64,000 nucleotides of DNA from Longimicrobiales bacterium (GTDB taxonomy: Bacteria > Gemmatimonadota > Gemmatimonadetes > Longimicrobiales > Gaopeijiaceae): assembly GCA_965218295.1 (NCBI GenBank), contig CBDCKN010000014.1, positions 1 to 64,000 on the forward strand, read 5' to 3'. Both the position numbers and the translations under genes were made by a program. Shown here piece after piece: positions 42,380-52,208 of this stretch; within the stretch, counting starts at the first letter, position 1; every line of letters starts with the position of its first letter. The notes beneath the pieces are model-generated. The model did no database searches, had not been told where the DNA came from, and saw only the letters and a list, made by a program, of their open reading frames with translations.

Positions 42380-44284
42380 TCAGCGCTCCCCGCCGCGCCC
42401 CGAAGGGACGAGGGGGAGGACGATGTGGGACGGGTGGGTGGCGCTGCTGTGATGGATCGTGTTGTCGGCCTCGATCATGCGCCGGTGTCGTCCCAGGGGC
42501 TCCCCGGTATTGGGGTTCACGTCGAACTTGGGGAAGTTCGAGCTGGAGATGTCCACCCGGATCCGGTGCCCCTCCTTGAAGAGGTTAGCGGTGGGGAAGA
42601 GCTTGATGTCGAGCTCGTAGACCTCCCCCGGCTCCAGCAAGTTCTCCTCGTCGGGTGACTTCCAGAAGCGGGCCCGGAAGATCCCGTCCGCCAGGTTCAT
42701 GTCGAAGCCCCGGGGGTAGTCCCGGCTGGGGGGGTAGACGTCCACCAGCTTGGCGGTGAAGTCGGTGTCCAGGGCGGAGGAGGAGACGAAGAGCTTCACC
42801 ACCAGGGGCCCCACCACCTCCACGTCCTCCTGGAGCGGCTCGGTCTGGAAGACCACCACGTCGGGACGGGCCTTGAGGGGGAGGTAGGGGAGCTTCGAGC
42901 CGAAGTGGTCCTCCCGCTCGTGCTGGTCGTAGGGGCCGGGGGAGATCCAGTAGGCGCTCCCGATGGAGGGGACGGGGTCCGCCGGGTCGAAGCTGTAGGT
43001 GGTGGAGGGGGGCCCGGAGCCGGACATGGCGGGGCTCAGGCTCCCGTCCCCGTGGAAGTAGTAGTTGGTGAAGCGGGTGCCCGGGAGCGGCCAGGCGCTC
43101 TCGTCCCTCCAGTAGCCGCCGTGGAAGAGGCGGCCGTTGCCGTCCTTGTGGCCGTCGCCGGTGCCCATGACAAACACCCGGACGTCGGCCTCGTCCTCCA
43201 CCTCGGTGGTCTTCCCCTTGATGAAGTGGTCAAACCACCGGAGGTGGAAGTAGGTGTGGAAGTCGTGGACGGCCGACTCGGGCCCGAACTCCACCTCGCC
43301 GGCCCAGGTCCAGTCATTCTTACCGTGGTCCCAGGGGCCGACCAGGAGACGGACGGGCCCCTTCTTCTTCGACAGGCCGACGTAGTTCTGGACGATCCCC
43401 CCGTTCAGGACGTCCCACCACCCCCCGATGTGGAGCATGGGGATGTCGGCGGTCTGCTCGTAGTAGTCCTCCCAGTTCCGGCCGATCCCCCTGTAGTACT
43501 TCGCCTCCCCCTGCGTGGACTGGGAAATGATGTAGCCTTCGATGTTCGGAGCCATGGCCAGGGGGCTTAACCCCTTCCGGATGGGGAACGCCCTGAGCCA
43601 GTCCATCGCCTCCTCCCGGCTGAACTCCTCGTGCAGGGAAGCACGTGGTTCACCCGGCAGCCCGGAGGTGAGCGCCCACGGCAGCTGGATCGCCCAGTGA
43701 TAGGCCCCCTGATGGCGGATGTGGTGCTCCCAGGAGTTCCAGATGGAGCCGTGGTTGGGCACGATGGTGGTGAGGTGCGGCGGATTCGTCTTGGAGGCGT
43801 CGACCTGCGTGAGGCCGTTGTACGAGGTCCCCCACATCCCGGTCTTGCCGTTCGTGTACGGCAGGTTCGCCAGCCACTCGATGGTGTCGTACCCGTCGGG
43901 GGCGTCGAACTCGTGGTACTTGTAGGGGAAGAGCCCCTCCGACTTGTACCGGCCCCGGGTGTCCTGCACCACCACCACGTACCCGTGCTTCACGAAAAAC
44001 TCCCTCTGGGAGATCCCCTGAGGAGGAGATCTCCAGCGCGTCTTGTCGTACGGCGTCCGGTAGAGGAGGACGGGGAGGGGCTCCTCCACGGGGACACCGT
44101 TCCGGGCCGGCCGGTAGATGTCCGTGGCCAGCTTCACCCCGTCCCGCATGGGGATCATGAGGTCGGTCTCGTGGACGACCACCTCGTCGTAGAGTGGGGG
44201 AGGGTTCTTGTCCGGGCTCTGGGCTAGGAGCGGCGCAACGCTCCAGAGGAGGGCCGCCGCCACCACCACGATACGCGCTTTCAT
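42380..44284 (-). CDS. CocE/NonD family serine hydrolase, exported
   Basis: Signal peptide, MRDGVKLATDIY, RTPY, QDTRGR, GTSY nucleophile, GWWD, GPWDH, PepX_C domain; GAAGGAG RBS before ATG 44284. Confidence 0.93.
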   Translation of the reverse strand: MKARIVVVAAALLWSVAPLLAQSPDKNPPPLYDEVVVHETDLMIPMRDGVKLATDIYRPARNGVPVEEPLPVLLYRTPYDKTRWRSPPQGISQREFFVKHGYVVVVQDTRGRYKSEGLFPYKYHEFDAPDGYDTIEWLANLPYTNGKTGMWGTSYNGLTQVDASKTNPPHLTTIVPNHGSIWNSWEHHIRHQGAYHWAIQLPWALTSGLPGEPRASLHEEFSREEAMDWLRAFPIRKGLSPLAMAPNIEGYIISQSTQGEAKYYRGIGRNWEDYYEQTADIPMLHIGGWWDVLNGGIVQNYVGLSKKKGPVRLLVGPWDHGKNDWTWAGEVEFGPESAVHDFHTYFHLRWFDHFIKGKTTEVEDEADVRVFVMGTGDGHKDGNGRLFHGGYWRDESAWPLPGTRFTNYYFHGDGSLSPAMSGSGPPSTTYSFDPADPVPSIGSAYWISPGPYDQHEREDHFGSKLPYLPLKARPDVVVFQTEPLQEDVEVVGPLVVKLFVSSSALDTDFTAKLVDVYPPSRDYPRGFDMNLADGIFRARFWKSPDEENLLEPGEVYELDIKLFPTANLFKEGHRIRVDISSSNFPKFDVNPNTGEPLGRHRRMIEADNTIHHSSATHPSHIVLPLVPSGRGGER

Positions 44285-44395
44285 CGTTCTGGCTCCTTCA
44301 TGAAAGGTCGGCAAAATAAGCATCCAGGGTCTCGAGCGGACATCGCCGCGTGCCAACGACGAATTCGCGTACGTCGGGCTTCCGCGGATAAGCAT

Positions 44396-44545
44396 TCAGC
44401 GCCCCGAAGGGACGAGGGGGAGGACGATGTGGGACGAGGGGGTGGCGCTGCTGTGATGAAGGTGTTGTCGGCCTCGATCATGCGCCGGTGTCGTCCCAGG
44501 GGCTCCCCCGTGTTCGGGTTCACGTCGAAGCGTGGCGCCGAGTAC
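44396..44545 (-). pseudogene. Remnant 3' end of a CocE/NonD paralog; ~130-bp near-copy of 42397-42526
   Basis: FDVNPNTGEPLGRHRRMIEADNT..HHSSAT..SHIVLPLVPSGR; DNA nearly identical to the end of the neighbouring gene, with a 1-bp frameshift. Confidence 0.85.
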
Positions 44546-44669
44546 ATTGTGAGCGGGGAGGCGTGCACGCCTCCCCGCCGTGGACCCCGAGGGACCGGAG
44601 GGCGACACGGGGGAGAAGGTGCGGACGGCTTTCTCCACACCGCGCTCCCCCCGGCCCGGTCCGGCGACC

Positions 44670-45953
44670 TCAGAAGTTCGGGTTGTTCAGGAACTCGGCA
44701 TCGGGGGTCGGGAGGCACGTGACGGGCCCGTAGGGCGCTCCCTTGCCAGTGAACCCCTGCTCCCAGGTAATATTCAGCCGGATGAGGTCGTTGTTCCGGT
44801 GCCCCTCCGCAAACAGCTGCCGCCGCCGCTCCTCGATCACCTGCTCCCGAATCTCCTCGGTGTCGTTGCTCGAGAACTGCGGGAGCCCGTGCTTGTCCCG
44901 CAACCGGTTGATGATGTCCACCGCGGCCTGCCCGCCGTTGGCCTCCGCGATGATCAGCTGTGCCTCCTCCCAGCTCGCGATGGGGAGGGGATCGGACACC
45001 GAGGTATACTTCATCTGGTTCCAATGGGGTGTCACGCCGTCTGAACCGACCGTGCCCACATCGACGGCGACGACCCGCGGGTCGGGGACGCCGTCCACGG
45101 TCAGGTTCCGGAAGCTCGGATGGACCGACTGGTATTGCTGCACGATGGTATGCGTGTAGACCCGGTTTTCCCGGCGGGGAGTTGTGCCGGAGTACGTGGC
45201 GTTCTTGACGAAACCCTCGGGGATCTGTCCGGCGTCCGCCGCCGCTTCTGACGTCTTTCCCAGATCGAGCCTCACGCGGGCTCGCCCCACGAGCGCCATG
45301 TTCTCGATCTCGTCCGTCCCGGCCGCCCGCGCACCGTCGATGGCCTCCGTGAACCTCTGCTCGGCGATCGCGAGAACCTCGGCGCTTGTCAGCTTCGGCC
45401 CCGCGTCGATGGCGATCTCGCAGAAGCCTTCTCCCAGCATGGTAAGGCTGTACCCCGCGTAGGCGTTCGCCGTTGCGATCAGCTCGGCCTTGTTCGGCAC
45501 CTCATCATCCGGGAATCCCTCGATCCGCGCCGCGGCGTCCTCCGCCTGGAAGCGGGCAGTCTGGAGGGGCTGGTAGGTCCCCTGGTTCGGCTCGCCCTGG
45601 GTTGGGGCGCAGGGCTCGTCTCCGAAGGTGCTCAGGTCTTCGATGCGGTTGTCCCATACGTGGAGCACCCGCCAGATCCCGGAAGAGATGAACTCGTCCG
45701 TCAGGAGGCCGGTCGCCGCCACGTACCCGGCGTAGCCGCACTCGAAATCGGCGATCGCGCCGTTCACCAAGGTAAAGGCGAGAGCCGGGTCTGCAAGGCT
45801 CTCCGCATTCACCCGCGTCGGGAGGTTAACCTCCAGAAGGCTGTCGCAGCCGCCCACGCCGGTGAGGACCAGAAAGACCAACGCTGCGGAGCCGAGACGG
45901 CAATGCCTTCGCGTCTCCCGGTTCCTGTTCCTGGAAATTGCCATTTCGCTCAT
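44670..45953 (-). CDS. RagB/SusD family lipoprotein
   Basis: Lipobox GGC, LIIAEA, INRLR, ERRRQLFAEGHR..D, NNPN C-terminus. Confidence 0.9.
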   Translation of the reverse strand: MSEMAISRNRNRETRRHCRLGSAALVFLVLTGVGGCDSLLEVNLPTRVNAESLADPALAFTLVNGAIADFECGYAGYVAATGLLTDEFISSGIWRVLHVWDNRIEDLSTFGDEPCAPTQGEPNQGTYQPLQTARFQAEDAAARIEGFPDDEVPNKAELIATANAYAGYSLTMLGEGFCEIAIDAGPKLTSAEVLAIAEQRFTEAIDGARAAGTDEIENMALVGRARVRLDLGKTSEAAADAGQIPEGFVKNATYSGTTPRRENRVYTHTIVQQYQSVHPSFRNLTVDGVPDPRVVAVDVGTVGSDGVTPHWNQMKYTSVSDPLPIASWEEAQLIIAEANGGQAAVDIINRLRDKHGLPQFSSNDTEEIREQVIEERRRQLFAEGHRNNDLIRLNITWEQGFTGKGAPYGPVTCLPTPDAEFLNNPNF

Positions 45954-46009
45954 CCTCTCAATTCGGTCCCAACATAACAGTGGATCCCCGTTCGGCCACC
46001 CCGGCTTCC

Positions 46010-48988
46010 TCAGAAGGTCAGCCGAACCGTGGCCAAGATCTGGGACGTGGGAGGCATAACCGCCTGGTGATTGCCCAGGAACTCGTTGTCGCCCGTAGTC
46101 TCCGGGTCCCAGATCCTCTGGGGCCCAAACCGCGTGAACTCTTCCTCGATCCAGAGGGTGAAGACGTTCCGCGCCGCAACGCTGAGTACGACCCGGGAGG
46201 CCCCAACACTGCTGGCCAAGCCGGAGGGGAGGGTGTAAGTGGCGGAAAGCTCCCGGAGCTTAGCGAAGCCCGCGTTGTAGAACCCCAGGGGCTGCCTCCC
46301 GATCTTCCGATAGGCCATGAAGATCGGCTCGTCCTGGAGGTTGCCGGCGAGCGTCGTCTGGACGCTGGTGTGGGCTCCCGGCCAGGTCGCGTCTTCGTGC
46401 ATATGGCCGCCCCGAGCCTCCACACGTGCATACAACCTCAGATTGCCGAAGAGCGTGAGCGTAGTGTTCACGCCGAGATCCCAGGTCGGGGTGGGCTGGC
46501 CCCACCTCACACGCGGCGCCTCGGCGCAGGGGACCGGCGCGTTACCCGGACCCCCCTCACACATCTCGTTCTGGACCGGCCCGCGGGTTCCGGAGACGAA
46601 TTCAGCGGAAACCACTCGCTTGAAGTAGTAGCTGGAGAGGGCTTCTCCGACCCGGTGCTGCATGGTACGACCTAGCGATATGGACTCTACACCCTCACCG
46701 AGGTCCTCGACCCGACTCTTCGTGGTGGCGAGAGTCAACCCCACGTCCCACCCCAGCCGCCTCCCCTCCAGGAGCCGCGCGTAGACGCCCAGCTCGGCTC
46801 CCCAGTTCTTGACCTCGCCCACATTGATGAACTGGAAGCCCGGAAACCCCGACGAGGGAGGGAGGGCCTTCTGCACGATGGCGTCCAACGTCTTTCGTGT
46901 GTAGTAGGTGAAGTCGATAAGGACCTGGTCCTCGAGGAGCCCCGCGTCGAAGCCCAGCTCCAGCTCCTGTCCTTTTTCGGGTTTCAGGTCCGGGTTTCCG
47001 ATGGCACCGGGGGTGACCACAGATTGGTCGCCCGGGCCCGTGCTCGGATCGTAGAGACGCACGGCGGCGAAGACGTCGGGCTGCTGCCCTGTAGCGCCCC
47101 AAGCGGCCCGGAGCCTCAGCGAGCTCACGGACTCGACGTTCCAGAAGGGCTCCTCGTTCAAGACCCAGCTCGCGCTGACCTTCGGGTACGTAACGATGTC
47201 GAAGTTCGCGCCGAACGCGCTGTTGTCGTCGGCCCGCACCGCAGCGGTGAAGAAGAGACGGCCCTTCCAGCTGAACTGCTCCTGGACGTACATCCCCAGC
47301 GTCCGGTTCTCGATGAAATCCTCGCTCCCGGAGGTAATCGCCGCCCCGCTCACTGTAGTCACCGCCGGCGTGGGGAAGAGCCTGCCGGAGGATCCGGAGA
47401 TCTGGTCCTCGTTGCGATAGTGCTGAACGCCGATTGAGAGGGCGGACTCGAGATTGTCAGTCAGGCCAACCGTAGCCGTGGCCGAATAGTCGATCGTGAT
47501 GAAGGTCGTCTTGTGCTCGTCCACGTCCTTCTGTCCGAGGCTCTGGGCGCCGAAGAAGTGGGCCGTGCCGTCCGGGTGTCGGGGGTAGAGGACCGAGCTC
47601 ACCTCCGAGGCGTAGTCCACCCCGGTGATGAGCCGCTGGGTGAACCAGGACCAGGGCCGGTGCGTCGCCTGCAGATTCCAGGTGAAGCGGTCGAGGCCGG
47701 ACAGGGCCTCGACTGTGGCCATCTCCTCTGGAGGGGCCCCGAAGAATCCTCTCAACCGCCGGTCTCTCGTACTGGGGGAACCCCAGTGCAAGGACCCAAG
47801 GATGTCCCGGACCGGAGCGACCTGGCCCAGGCGGGTGTTGCCCCGTGTATAGGCGAAGCCCGAGTTCAGATCCAACGTCGGGTGGGGGAAGACGCCCAGG
47901 TTGACCCGGCTCCCGAACTTCTTCTGCCAGTTGTAGTCAAGGATCCCCTCGTTGTCGGTCCAATCCGCCGAGACGTTGTACCGGACGAGGTCCGTGCCGC
48001 CACGCAGGTTCACGGTGTAATTGGTGAGCCGGCCGTTCTGGAAGACGTCCCCCTGCCCGTTGTCGCGCTCCCACTCGTAGAGGTTGTGGCCCAGCATTTC
48101 GCCGGTTTGGTTATCCCTGAAATAGGTCATGCCAAGCTTTCCCGCCGGGTCCGGCATCCACAGCGTTCCGCTCTTGACGGTGACGTCCAGCACGGGAGAG
48201 CCCTGCCTGCCCTTCTTCGTGATGATCTGGATCACGCCGTTGGACGCTTCCGTGCCGTACAGGGTGGCCGCCGCCGGGCCCTTGATCACCTCGATGCTCT
48301 CGATGTCCTCGGGGTTGATGTCGTTCAGGCGACTGACGGGCGCTTTCGAGGACAACCCGGTCCGGGGGTTGCTGTTGATCCGCACCCCGTCCACGTAGAT
48401 CAGCGGGTCGTTCGGGAGGGACAGGCTCGATACGCCGCGTATCCGGATGGGTGCACCCACTCCGCCGACCCCGCCCGGCAGGCCCCCGAGGGAGACACCG
48501 GGAGTTCGGGTCCCCAGGAGCTCCTGGACGGTGAAGCTCGGCGTCACCTCCATGACCCGGGTCGCGCTGATCCTGCCCACGACGTTGCCGATGGCCCGCC
48601 TCTGCGTGCCACCCGGCGTCCCGGTGACTACGATCTCGTCCAGGGCGAGCGCCTCCTCGCTCAGCTCGAAATCCACCGCCACCGCTCCCCCTTCAGGAAC
48701 GTCTACCGTCCGTTCGGCGGAAGTGTACCCGATCAGCTCCACCCGGAGCGTGACGGTGCCCGTTGGCACATTGGCGAGGAGGTACCTGCCGGCGGTGTTG
48801 GTGAGCCCTCCCACGCCGGTGCCGAGGATGAAGACCTGGCCCTGGGCGAGGGCGCGCCCGGTCCGGGCCTCCACTACCTCGCCCGTAATGGTCCCCTGGG
48901 TCTGCGCGAGAGCGCCCCGGGCAGCGAACGGAGTCGTCGCAGCCAGTACAAGAAGCGCTGTAAGTGCTCTGTGTAGATGTGAAAACAT
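46010..48988 (-). CDS. SusC/RagA TonB-dependent receptor
   Basis: Carboxypeptidase-regulatory-like N-domain, LDEIVVTG, DINPEDIESIEVIKGPAAATLYG, GNPDLKPE, terminal F. Confidence 0.95.
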   Translation of the reverse strand: MFSHLHRALTALLVLAATTPFAARGALAQTQGTITGEVVEARTGRALAQGQVFILGTGVGGLTNTAGRYLLANVPTGTVTLRVELIGYTSAERTVDVPEGGAVAVDFELSEEALALDEIVVTGTPGGTQRRAIGNVVGRISATRVMEVTPSFTVQELLGTRTPGVSLGGLPGGVGGVGAPIRIRGVSSLSLPNDPLIYVDGVRINSNPRTGLSSKAPVSRLNDINPEDIESIEVIKGPAAATLYGTEASNGVIQIITKKGRQGSPVLDVTVKSGTLWMPDPAGKLGMTYFRDNQTGEMLGHNLYEWERDNGQGDVFQNGRLTNYTVNLRGGTDLVRYNVSADWTDNEGILDYNWQKKFGSRVNLGVFPHPTLDLNSGFAYTRGNTRLGQVAPVRDILGSLHWGSPSTRDRRLRGFFGAPPEEMATVEALSGLDRFTWNLQATHRPWSWFTQRLITGVDYASEVSSVLYPRHPDGTAHFFGAQSLGQKDVDEHKTTFITIDYSATATVGLTDNLESALSIGVQHYRNEDQISGSSGRLFPTPAVTTVSGAAITSGSEDFIENRTLGMYVQEQFSWKGRLFFTAAVRADDNSAFGANFDIVTYPKVSASWVLNEEPFWNVESVSSLRLRAAWGATGQQPDVFAAVRLYDPSTGPGDQSVVTPGAIGNPDLKPEKGQELELGFDAGLLEDQVLIDFTYYTRKTLDAIVQKALPPSSGFPGFQFINVGEVKNWGAELGVYARLLEGRRLGWDVGLTLATTKSRVEDLGEGVESISLGRTMQHRVGEALSSYYFKRVVSAEFVSGTRGPVQNEMCEGGPGNAPVPCAEAPRVRWGQPTPTWDLGVNTTLTLFGNLRLYARVEARGGHMHEDATWPGAHTSVQTTLAGNLQDEPIFMAYRKIGRQPLGFYNAGFAKLRELSATYTLPSGLASSVGASRVVLSVAARNVFTLWIEEEFTRFGPQRIWDPETTGDNEFLGNHQAVMPPTSQILATVRLTF

Positions 48989-49173
48989 AACGGTTCCTCC
49001 CGGGGAGAGAGCTAATGCGACGTCAGGACCGCAGAAGTGCCCCTGCTCGGCCGCAGATGCCGAAATCGAGATTCACGGTACCCCTCAGACTTATGTGGTT
49101 GAGCAAGCCTAGTGCTGTGTATATTCGACGTAGCCGGGATCTTCGGCCCAGCCCAAGCTTTACTAGCTCAGCC

Positions 49174-50616
49174 TCAGTCCCGGTTCGGGGTCCACTTGCG
49201 GTTGTACTTGTCTACTTTATACGGATCAAAGGAGATAAAGCGCGAGGTGTAACTCCCGTCCAACGACCTCGCCAGCTCATTGAGGTGCTCCGGGTCCGTG
49301 CTCCCCCAGCTTCCGGTGTCCAGGCGGTGCATCATAGTTTCAATCACGGCATGGCTTTCTGTAGGGGTGAAACCACAGTGCGTAGGCGCCTCGACGATTG
49401 CTGTGCGGTACAGGTCATCCTTGCCGTTTGCGCGTACTAGATCGGCATAACCTTGGACCATGCTACTGGGAATGTACGTATCTCCGATCGCCTGCATCTG
49501 CAGAACCGGAACCTGCGGATTGCCCCTCACAGTGCGCCCGGGCGCACTCCACCACTCGATTGCCTCTTCGTCCGCCGAGATGCGGGGAAACGCGTTGATC
49601 CGCTCGAGATCATCCTGAAGATCAAGACCGGCTTCCTGATACAGCTGACGAACCGCTCGCTTGTTGAACTCGTTGCCGTTGTTGAAAAACTCCCTGTAGT
49701 CGACGCCGGTGTTCCACGACAACTGAGAAGACCACTCAAGGCCGGCCGGGTTCTCGAGCATGTACCGTGATATACCGCCTATTCGGCCGGGGGCGGCACC
49801 ATCGAGAGCAGTCTGGTACATACTGTACTGAAGCGCAGCTACATCGTTCCGATCCGGATTCGGCATCCTCGGATTCACCCAGTCCGGTTCCTGTCCGATC
49901 GTAATGGCAAGCGCAATACGGGCCCGGCCCTCCGGAGTCTGCTGGGCAGCCCTGATCGCTTGGCGCCACGCAAAAGTGAGTGAGGGGTATTCTGGTCGTA
50001 GGGAAGAGCTATGAGGAAGATCCACGATACGCAGGTCAGGAGCGATCAACGCCTTCAGGACAAACCACTTGTCCAGCTTCGTATTCATCAACCACACCCG
50101 GTCCCCCGCGGCCGTGGCGATCACGCCATCGACCCGGTCGGAGAAAACCTCCGAAATGACGAGCCCGGCGGAGCCGCCTCCGGAGCATCCATAGTGGATG
50201 ACTCGATCCGGCTTACGGAAGTGCTCCTCGAACACATCAAGCACCGTATTGAGATGCCTAATCTCGCTCGCGGGATCGTAGTTGCCGACCCATCGGCGCT
50301 CATGCCGGGCCGTTCCTGATACGGCGTACCCCTTTTCGAGCAGGTATAGATAACGATCGCTGTTGGCACCAGAGGCATAGTCCAGATCCCTGATGAGCGT
50401 TCCGTTCCAGTTGGATGGAACCCGCATCAGGTACCGCGTTCCATCGCCAAGCGTACCTCCCTCCTCGGTGTACGTTACCTGCGCGGTGGTCCCGGTGCCG
50501 CACCCGATCATCAGCCCAACAAGGAAGGCGACAATCGACGCCACAAGCAGTCGGCCTCCAAGATCTCTCGCTGGCGAAAGGGCACCACGGGGGCCAGCCG
50601 GCGTTGTTCTCATCAT
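49174..50616 (-). CDS. Exported alpha/beta-hydrolase-fold protein (tannase/DUF6351-like)
   Basis: Signal or lipobox, VPSNWNGTL, GCSGGG nucleophile elbow, D and HCGF; AAAGGAG RBS. Confidence 0.7.
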   Translation of the reverse strand: MMRTTPAGPRGALSPARDLGGRLLVASIVAFLVGLMIGCGTGTTAQVTYTEEGGTLGDGTRYLMRVPSNWNGTLIRDLDYASGANSDRYLYLLEKGYAVSGTARHERRWVGNYDPASEIRHLNTVLDVFEEHFRKPDRVIHYGCSGGGSAGLVISEVFSDRVDGVIATAAGDRVWLMNTKLDKWFVLKALIAPDLRIVDLPHSSSLRPEYPSLTFAWRQAIRAAQQTPEGRARIALAITIGQEPDWVNPRMPNPDRNDVAALQYSMYQTALDGAAPGRIGGISRYMLENPAGLEWSSQLSWNTGVDYREFFNNGNEFNKRAVRQLYQEAGLDLQDDLERINAFPRISADEEAIEWWSAPGRTVRGNPQVPVLQMQAIGDTYIPSSMVQGYADLVRANGKDDLYRTAIVEAPTHCGFTPTESHAVIETMMHRLDTGSWGSTDPEHLNELARSLDGSYTSRFISFDPYKVDKYNRKWTPNRD

Positions 50617-50617
50617 C

Positions 50618-50830
50618 GTTGTCTCCTTTGCATCTCAGACCTGCAAAGTTGTCTCCTTTGCATCGTCTCAGACCTGCACGCACCGCCCCGAGCTCGACCT
50701 GCCCTCTCGGACCCCATCCATAACATCCTGCTCCGGCACGATCTCGTGCCCAAGCGGCCCAGGCGGCCCAGGCGGCCCAGGCGGATTAATATATGCTTCC
50801 AATATAGATTTCGACAGGGATTTCGACAGG
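50618..50830. repeat. Cluster of short tandem duplications
   Basis: 28/31-bp unit x2 (50618-50678), GCGGCCCAG x3 (50754-50780), GATTTCGACAGG x2 (50807-50830). Confidence 0.85.
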
Positions 50831-51086
50831 GAGGCGGTGTCACGTCGGGAACTTTCCGCGAAGGCGTGTGGGGAAAAACCTTACATGAGGGGTGGCTGCG
50901 CGAGGCCCGAGAGGCTCGGTAGTCGAGTCAACATCATCACCCCCTATGTTCTTCGTACAAATGGCGATCGCTTCTCGTCGACCAGAATTTGGCACACGCC
51001 TCGAACGTAGGCCTCGAAAAACAGGCTCGGTCGTGTTCTCAATCGACGGCGCGCAGAGAAGATTCCCGAATCCGGACCCAAGCCAG

Positions 51087-51170
51087 TGCCGGGAGGGGGA
51101 CTCGAACCCCCAAGGGCCGAAGCCCGCCGGATTTTGAGTCCGGTGCGTCTACCAATTCCACCATCCCGGC
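51087..51170 (-). tRNA. tRNA-Leu(CAA)
   Basis: GCCGGGATGGTGGAATTGGTAGACGCACCGGACTCAAAATCCGG, long variable arm, GGTTCGAGTCC, CCCGGCA. Confidence 0.96.
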
Positions 51171-51264
51171 CAATCTCAAATAACGTGATTAGCGGCGTAG
51201 AACCTAACGTTTTCAGCTTCGACCGAAAAGCACGGAAACGTCCAAATAGGGGATAATGGGGATA

Positions 51265-51290
51265 GCCACCGTCATAGTTTGGGCATAGTC
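51265..51290. promoter_or_regulatory. Putative integrase arm-type site (left)
   Basis: GCCACCGTCATAGTTTGGGCATAGTC; 25/26 identical to 53293-53318. Confidence 0.65.
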
Positions 51291-51322
51291 GGCCATAACG
51301 GCACGCTTTCTACGGGACGGGC

Positions 51323-51598
51323 TTAGGTGAGTACCGCGATGGCGAGAGCGATCAGAGAGATCACGATTGCCCACCTCGACCAAATGTGCGCTCTGCGGGC
51401 GATCGCTATGGCCTCCCGGCCTGGGGCACGTGCAACCTCGAATCGCTCAAGGTATCGTTCTGCCCACAGCCTCTTTTCGGCCAGTGGGGCTTCCCATTCG
51501 CCGTACTCGCCGCGCTCGAAAGCCTCTCTGACAGCCTCCTCACCCTTCCTCTCAAGCCCGTCTTTGAAGTCCTGCCTCTCTTTCCTTGTCAGCGCCAT
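51323..51598 (-). CDS. Small hypothetical protein with C-terminal TM helix (element cargo)
   Basis: G-rich RBS, ATG 51598, 91 aa, ends WAIVISLIALAIAVLT. Confidence 0.65.
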   Translation of the reverse strand: MALTRKERQDFKDGLERKGEEAVREAFERGEYGEWEAPLAEKRLWAERYLERFEVARAPGREAIAIARRAHIWSRWAIVISLIALAIAVLT

Positions 51599-51639
51599 AT
51601 CGGTCCCCCCGCTTTTTCTTACCCCTCCAACTCCTCCGC

Positions 51640-52208
51640 CGCCTTTCGCCGCCCTCCGGGACACAATCGAGACACAGTCAGCATACGCAAGGTTCTGGCA
51701 GCGGTTGGGACATGCCTTGCCACTAGGCACTCCGGTTCAGGAGTGGCGGTACGCCCATATCAGACTGCCTGGGCCTCACCGTGAGCCCGATCCACCGGAC
51801 CCAGGGATCAACCTGGCACGGAGTTTCACGGTCTCGGTGACGTTCCGGACCCCGGACGTAACCCAGGACGATCTTGGAACGCTCCGAGATGCCGTCCGGC
51901 ACGCGTGGCAGCGTGCCGGCGGCCTGGACCCCTCTGATCGGCACCGATTGACTGACGCCGGCCGTGCACTCCTGCGAGCATGGCGCGAGGCGGGCGGGCC
52001 TGAAGGGAGAGGGGGCCGAAGCTTCTGGGAGGAGGTCCGTCAGGGGTGGCAGGCACTTGCCGCCGCAGACGAGAGGATTCCCGCACCACCCTCCAAGGTC
52101 GAATCCGTAAGGCGGTACTGGTACTTACTCGAAAAGAAACGCGAGAGCGGGCTCCTCAATCATATACCGTCCACCACCCCCAACTCGGACCCCGGAGAAA
52201 AGCGATGA
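51640..52208 (+). pseudogene. 5'-truncated hypothetical gene coupled (ATGA) to the integrase
   Basis: Protein-like frame with no clear start; its TGA overlaps the integrase ATG. Confidence 0.45.

Noticed and set aside
50618..50830. Possible CRISPR array
   Set aside because: Repeats are adjacent with no unique spacers, only 2-3 units, and no cas genes
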